A DNA stretch of 55,429 nucleotides from Octopus bimaculoides (Eukaryota): NCBI RefSeq assembly GCF_001194135.2, contig NC_069000.1:4490570-4545998 (forward strand). Reading direction: 5' to 3'. The translations under genes were made by a program, and so were the position numbers. Below the pieces are notes generated by a model. It worked only from the letters and a program-made list of their open reading frames with translations. It had not been told where the DNA came from and ran no database searches. Positions 50,613-55,429 of the stretch are shown piece by piece (positions within the stretch are counted from its first letter, which is position 1; every line of letters starts with the position of its first letter).

Positions 50613-50700
50613 GTGTACAGTAAGAAGCTTGCTTCCCAACCACAATATTCCGGGTTCAGTCCCACTGCGTGGCACCTTGGGAAAGTGTCATCTGCAGTAG
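50613..50700 (+). mobile_element. SINE-B head
   Basis: gtaagaagcttgcttcccaaccac...ccgggttcagtcccactgcgtggcaccttgggaaagtgtc. Confidence 0.88.
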
Positions 50701-51329
50701 CAACGCAGGAAGTTGTCGAGATGCTTGAAAAAGTGGTAGTCGGTATAATAATGCATCATAGTAATATTTATTCTCCGATCTGAAGCGACAATTTTTAAAT
50801 ACAAACAAACGACCGAAAAATGATGAGCTAACCCCAGGCAGAATCGAAACCACAAATCAACGCTAACATTGCTCCTTGCACATTCGATTGGCCAAATGCT
50901 CACCCATGTATGTATAATTTTTAATCAGCAGTCGTTACAAAGGCACTCTAATGACGAGAGTTTAGTGTTTGTGTGTGAATATTTTGTTGTTGTTAATATG
51001 GTTTTGTTTCTGGCATGTGAGTATGTCTGTGCATGCGTGTAAGTGCGCACGTGTATATGTTTGTATGTAATTTTTTGCGATCGTGGTTTTGTTTTCTTCT
51101 CGATCTTATTAAACACACTTAAAAGTTGAATGTCTATTCATTAGTGTTTTTTTACCTTTATCTATTGAACCTATACATCTTTCCTCTTCAACCTCTCGTC
51201 AATCATATTATGGTCATGAATACAAGACAATACACAATCATGTTGTTGTACTTATGGTTATTGACGCATTTTTATGGTGCATATTTTCGTTGGCCTTTGT
51301 TCAACCGTTCCTACTTTCATTTTCATTTT

Positions 51330-52005
51330 TACATCATCATCATCATCTTCTTCTTCTTCTTCTTCTTCTTCTTCTTCTTCTTCTTCTTCTTCTTCTTCTT
51401 CTTCTTCTTCTTCTTTTTTCTTTCTTTCTTTCTTTTTTCTTTCTTTCTTTTTTTCTTTCTTTCTTTCTTTCTGTTACATTTTATTTTTCCTAATTACGGC
51501 AATGGCGATGCTGTTGACTGTGTAGCGATACGAAGACGGCATGACGACGAAGAAGACAAAAAAGACGACGACGATGACGATAATGAAGAGGAGGTTTCTG
51601 TCCTTACCTTCTGTACCTGTGATTTATTTATTCAACGTTTTCATCGTTCTTCTTTTCTTTACTTGTTAATTACCTTCGTTTTCAATCTTGTTCTGTCGAG
51701 AACTCCACAAACATGAAGAGCATGCGAAATGTTTTGTTTTCGTTAATAAAATATTATTAAAATAACAAAAAACGGTGAGCAAACAAACTTGGATGAAACA
51801 GGAGAGGAAGAATAGGAGGAGTAGGAGGAAGAGAAGTGATGGAGACAAACATTGACGACGTTGACAACAACAAGAACGGCAATAACGTCAGAAGCCACGG
51901 CTGTAACAAAGAGAAAAAACAAAAGAAAATTATACCACATCAACAAAAGGAGTTTGCCAGCAGCATCGACATCAACAGAAACATCTGAAAGGAGGAGAAG
52001 AAGAA

Positions 52006-52064
<59 letters not shown>

Positions 52065-52158
52065 AGAAGAAGAAGGAGAAGGAGAAGGAGAAGGAGAAGG
52101 AGAAGGAGAAGGAGAAGAAGGAGAAGGAGAAGAAGAAGAAGAAGAAGAAGAAGTGGAA

Positions 52159-52193
<35 letters not shown>

Positions 52194-52355
52194 AGAAGAA
52201 GAAGAAGAAGAAGAAGGAGAAGAAGAAGAGGAGAAAAAGAAGAAGACGGAGAACAACAGCAATAATTATAATAATGATGATAATCGTTCCTTTATTGGCC
52301 ACAAGAGCCGAACACAAAACAAATAATGATAGACATAATGATGCTGATGATGATG

Positions 52356-52420
<65 letters not shown>

Positions 52421-52589
52421 GATGATGATTAAGAGTAAAATAACAAATACAACATCAGTAATAACAAGAACAAGAACAAGACGTACAGCAACAACAACAC
52501 CAACAACGAAAACGAGAGAAAAAATAAAATCCATGCAACAACAACAGCGAAAAATAACAACAAGTGAAATACTAAGAAAAACAGGAGTA

Positions 52590-52622
<33 letters not shown>

Positions 52623-52910
52623 TCAACATCAGTTATAGGAATAACAATAAAAAAGAAAAAAAAACCCAACATCAGTAACAACAACAGTTACAACAAACAT
52701 AAAGAAGAGGGAAAAAAATTCTCGTAGCATTGCTGCGACATGGAGTTGTGAGTTTTATTATTATGATTGTTGTTGTTGTTGTTGTTGTTGTTGCTGTAGA
52801 AGCTGTTGTTTCATTATCATCATTGTCGTTGTCGTCGACATCATAATCATCATCATCCTCATCATCATCCTCATCATCCTCATCATCATCAAGGTCCTCC
52901 TCCTCCGTCC
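51330..52910. repeat. Compound triplet region: (TTC), (GAC), (GAA/GGA), (AAT/GAT), (CAA), (GTT), (CAT)
   Basis: Direct reading. Confidence 0.92.
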
Positions 52911-52917
52911 TCCCCTG

Positions 52918-53150
52918 CTGGCAGAAACGTTAGCAGAAACGGCGAGTTGGCAGAAACGTTAGCATGCCGGGTGAAATGCTTAGCGGTATTTGGTCCGTCC
53001 TTACGTTCTGTGTTCAAATTCCGCCGAAGTCGACTTTGCCTTTCATTCTTTCGGCGGTCGATAAAATAAGTACCAGTTCAACACTGGGGGGTCGATGTAA
53101 TTGGCAAATCCCCTCCCTCAAAATTGCTTCCCTTGTGGCAAAATTTGAAA
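52918..53150 (+). mobile_element. SINE-A full length (tail type B) with a duplicated A-box segment
   Basis: ctggcagaaacgttagca at 52918 and 52947; body gtcgactttgcctttcattc...; tail cccttgtggcaaaatttgaaact(att)n. Confidence 0.9.
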
Positions 53151-53170
53151 CTATTATTATTATTATCATT

Positions 53171-53212
<42 letters not shown>

Positions 53213-53230
53213 CTTCTTCTTCTTCTTCTT

Positions 53231-53261
<31 letters not shown>

Positions 53262-53589
53262 TTAACATCGTCATCATCACACCACCACCACCACCACCAC
53301 CACCACAACCACACTCTTCACCCACCCCACCATCATCATCATCATCATCATCAACAACATCGTCGTCGTTGTTATTCGCTTTCTTATCGTTGTTATTATT
53401 GTTTTTTGAGACTATTATTATGGCCGTCATAACATCCACATTATTATTATTATAATTAGAATAGTTATCGTTATTATCATTATCATTATTGTTATTATTA
53501 TTATTATTATTATTTGATGTTGTTGTTGCTGCTATAGTTGTTATTGTTGCTCTTCTTATTGTAATTATTTATTATCATTATTATTATTA

Positions 53590-53641
<52 letters not shown>

Positions 53642-53764
53642 CATCATCATTATCATAATATTCCTTTCTTAATTCACCATCGTCGTCGTCGTCGTCATTT
53701 TTCTGATAATCCTTCTCTTCACCGTCATCGTCTCATTATTATCAATATTAATATTACCATTTCA

Positions 53765-53850
<86 letters not shown>

Positions 53851-54163
53851 CACTACCAACGTTGGTTTTCATTATAAGAAGTGAAATCTGAATTTTGTGA
53901 TTTTCAAAAGAAACCTTTCAGTCTATTTATAAGATATTTACTTGTTTTCGTTTCATAATTTCTTAAAGAGTTGATTAATACTGTAAGAAAAGGAAAAGGT
54001 TTTATCTTTTTGTTTTTTTCTTTCTCTCAACATTGTGTTTGGGTTTTGTTTATGATTTTTTTTTCTTCTTTTAAATTTCGTTTTTATGGAAAACGTATTT
54101 ATTCACATTTGTTTGGCTGCAAAATAATATTTTTACATTCCTGCGTCATTCTTTGTCGTCATG

Positions 54164-54225
<62 letters not shown>

Positions 54226-54250
54226 CATTATTATTATTATTATTATTATT
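53150..54250. repeat. Compound triplet region: (TTA), (GTT), (TTC), (CAC), (CAT), (CTA), (CTG)
   Basis: Direct reading. Confidence 0.92.
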
Positions 54251-54410
54251 CAGTAGTTTTATTTTTATAACGTGCTTTCACTTCACGACCGAGCGCAGCT
54301 CTGTGTGCCTTGGGTATGTGCTGTAGTTTGCTGTGATGCTCTTATGGTTACTGTATTGAAAGGGTTCCTGCGTAGGATGTGTGCGGTGCCCTGAAGTGCA
54401 ACATGTGTGG
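54251..54410 (-). mobile_element. R4/Dong-like retrotransposon 3' end, second lineage, abutting (TAA)n
   Basis: Minus strand reads VALQGTAHILRR (typical R4/Dong final helix), then a ~115-nt 3' UTR running directly into (TAA)n at 54165-54250. Confidence 0.75.
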
Positions 54411-54526
54411 CTCAAAGGGATAAAGTAGAAAACTAGCATAAAGAGTCGAGGCTCAGGAAGAAATTCTATGACGTCATATTGAAGAACCAGTTGACAACTA
54501 AAAACAATGTATGCGCATGCGTCTAA

Positions 54527-54711
54527 ACATGCGTGTTCTCTTCAGTTTTTAGTTAAATTCTTTTTTTTTTTTTTCGAGAAAGGAGCTGGTTTCTAACAAA
54601 TATATGAAGCTCCATCGTTGGAAAGTAGAGAGCGAAAACAATATCACATTTCAAACTTGAAAACATCTTGCACATTTTTACTGTTCCTCTTACAAATCGT
54701 ATCTGCGATGC
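54527..54711 (-). mobile_element. R4/Dong-like lineage T 3' end (copy h)
   Basis: Reverse complement ggaacagtaaaaatgtgcaagatgttttcaagtttg (GTVKMCK...), then ccaacgatggagcttc...gttagaaaccagc. Confidence 0.75.
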
Positions 54712-55284
54712 GCGTCTAACTTGGTTGATGTCTTTTTATGAAAATCTTAGCTTATCTAGATTCTCACAAAACCAAACGATCCAATTATTATTGGTTCAAA
54801 TGTAAATTCGTAAACTGGATATACAAAACGGAGGTCTCATTTTATGTATATGTATGTATGTATGTGAGTGTATGTATGCTTGCAAGCATGCATGTATGTA
54901 TGAGTGAGTGTAAGTTGTTTACTTATCTGCTCATAAGCACTAATTCTAGATCTATTCCAAAATACAAAACGAGTATCACGTAGGAAGACGTTGATAGATA
55001 TCTACAGCGAATACGTTAATGCACTTTAATATTTTCTCATTACATCTGAATTATTATTGGCTTCGTTATGGAGCCTTTAGAATATTAAAGAAAAGATTAA
55101 TCCTTTATCGTAACAGCACCGAAACGAGATAAGATATATAGATATTCATACTTTCTAAAGATACGTGTGTCTTTTTGTACATACATACGAACGAATATAT
55201 ATGTATGTGTGTGTGTATCTTTATATATTCATAGACGCACATATATATCTACATATGTATGTTTATATATATATGATTATATAT

Positions 55285-55316
<32 letters not shown>

Positions 55317-55362
55317 AAACACACATATATATGTATGAATATATGTATGTATATATACATAC

Positions 55363-55424
<62 letters not shown>

Positions 55425-55429
55425 GTATA

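Noticed and set aside
50760-50915. Possible exon ending at CAT|GTATGT
   Set aside because: No clear acceptor, and stop codons interrupt the frames reaching the donor.

Overview
This is eukaryotic, non-genic (intergenic or intronic) DNA, most likely from an octopus. That assignment is an inference from the extreme microsatellite load, N-gaps that break at (TA)n/(CA)n/(CT)n, and tRNA-derived SINEs resembling the octopus OK/OR-type families. I find no convincing protein-coding gene, rRNA, true tRNA or CRISPR; nearly all tracked ORFs are read-through of simple repeats or Ns. The non-repetitive part is a layered set of mobile-element relics, which I label with working names. SINE-A has a Meta-domain-like body, SINE-B a CORE-like body with an internal microsatellite, and SINE-C a tRNA-Arg-like head. 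There is also a HERO-like RLE retrotransposon, two RTE LINE fragments plus an RTE 3' end with a C2H2 finger, a mariner-derived MITE, a long-TIR foldback element, and nine 3' ends of R4/Dong-like RLE retrotransposons in two lineages, one tied to (TACA)n and one to (TAA)n. Best leads: (1) the (TACA)n-associated R4/Dong-like lineage; (2) a perfect 64-bp SINE-derived hairpin at 12196-12333; (3) a hammerhead ribozyme core opened at its cleavage site at 2671-2747; (4) a ~35-bp-stem pri-miRNA-like hairpin at 41521-41615. All alignments and folds were done by eye, so element boundaries are approximate.
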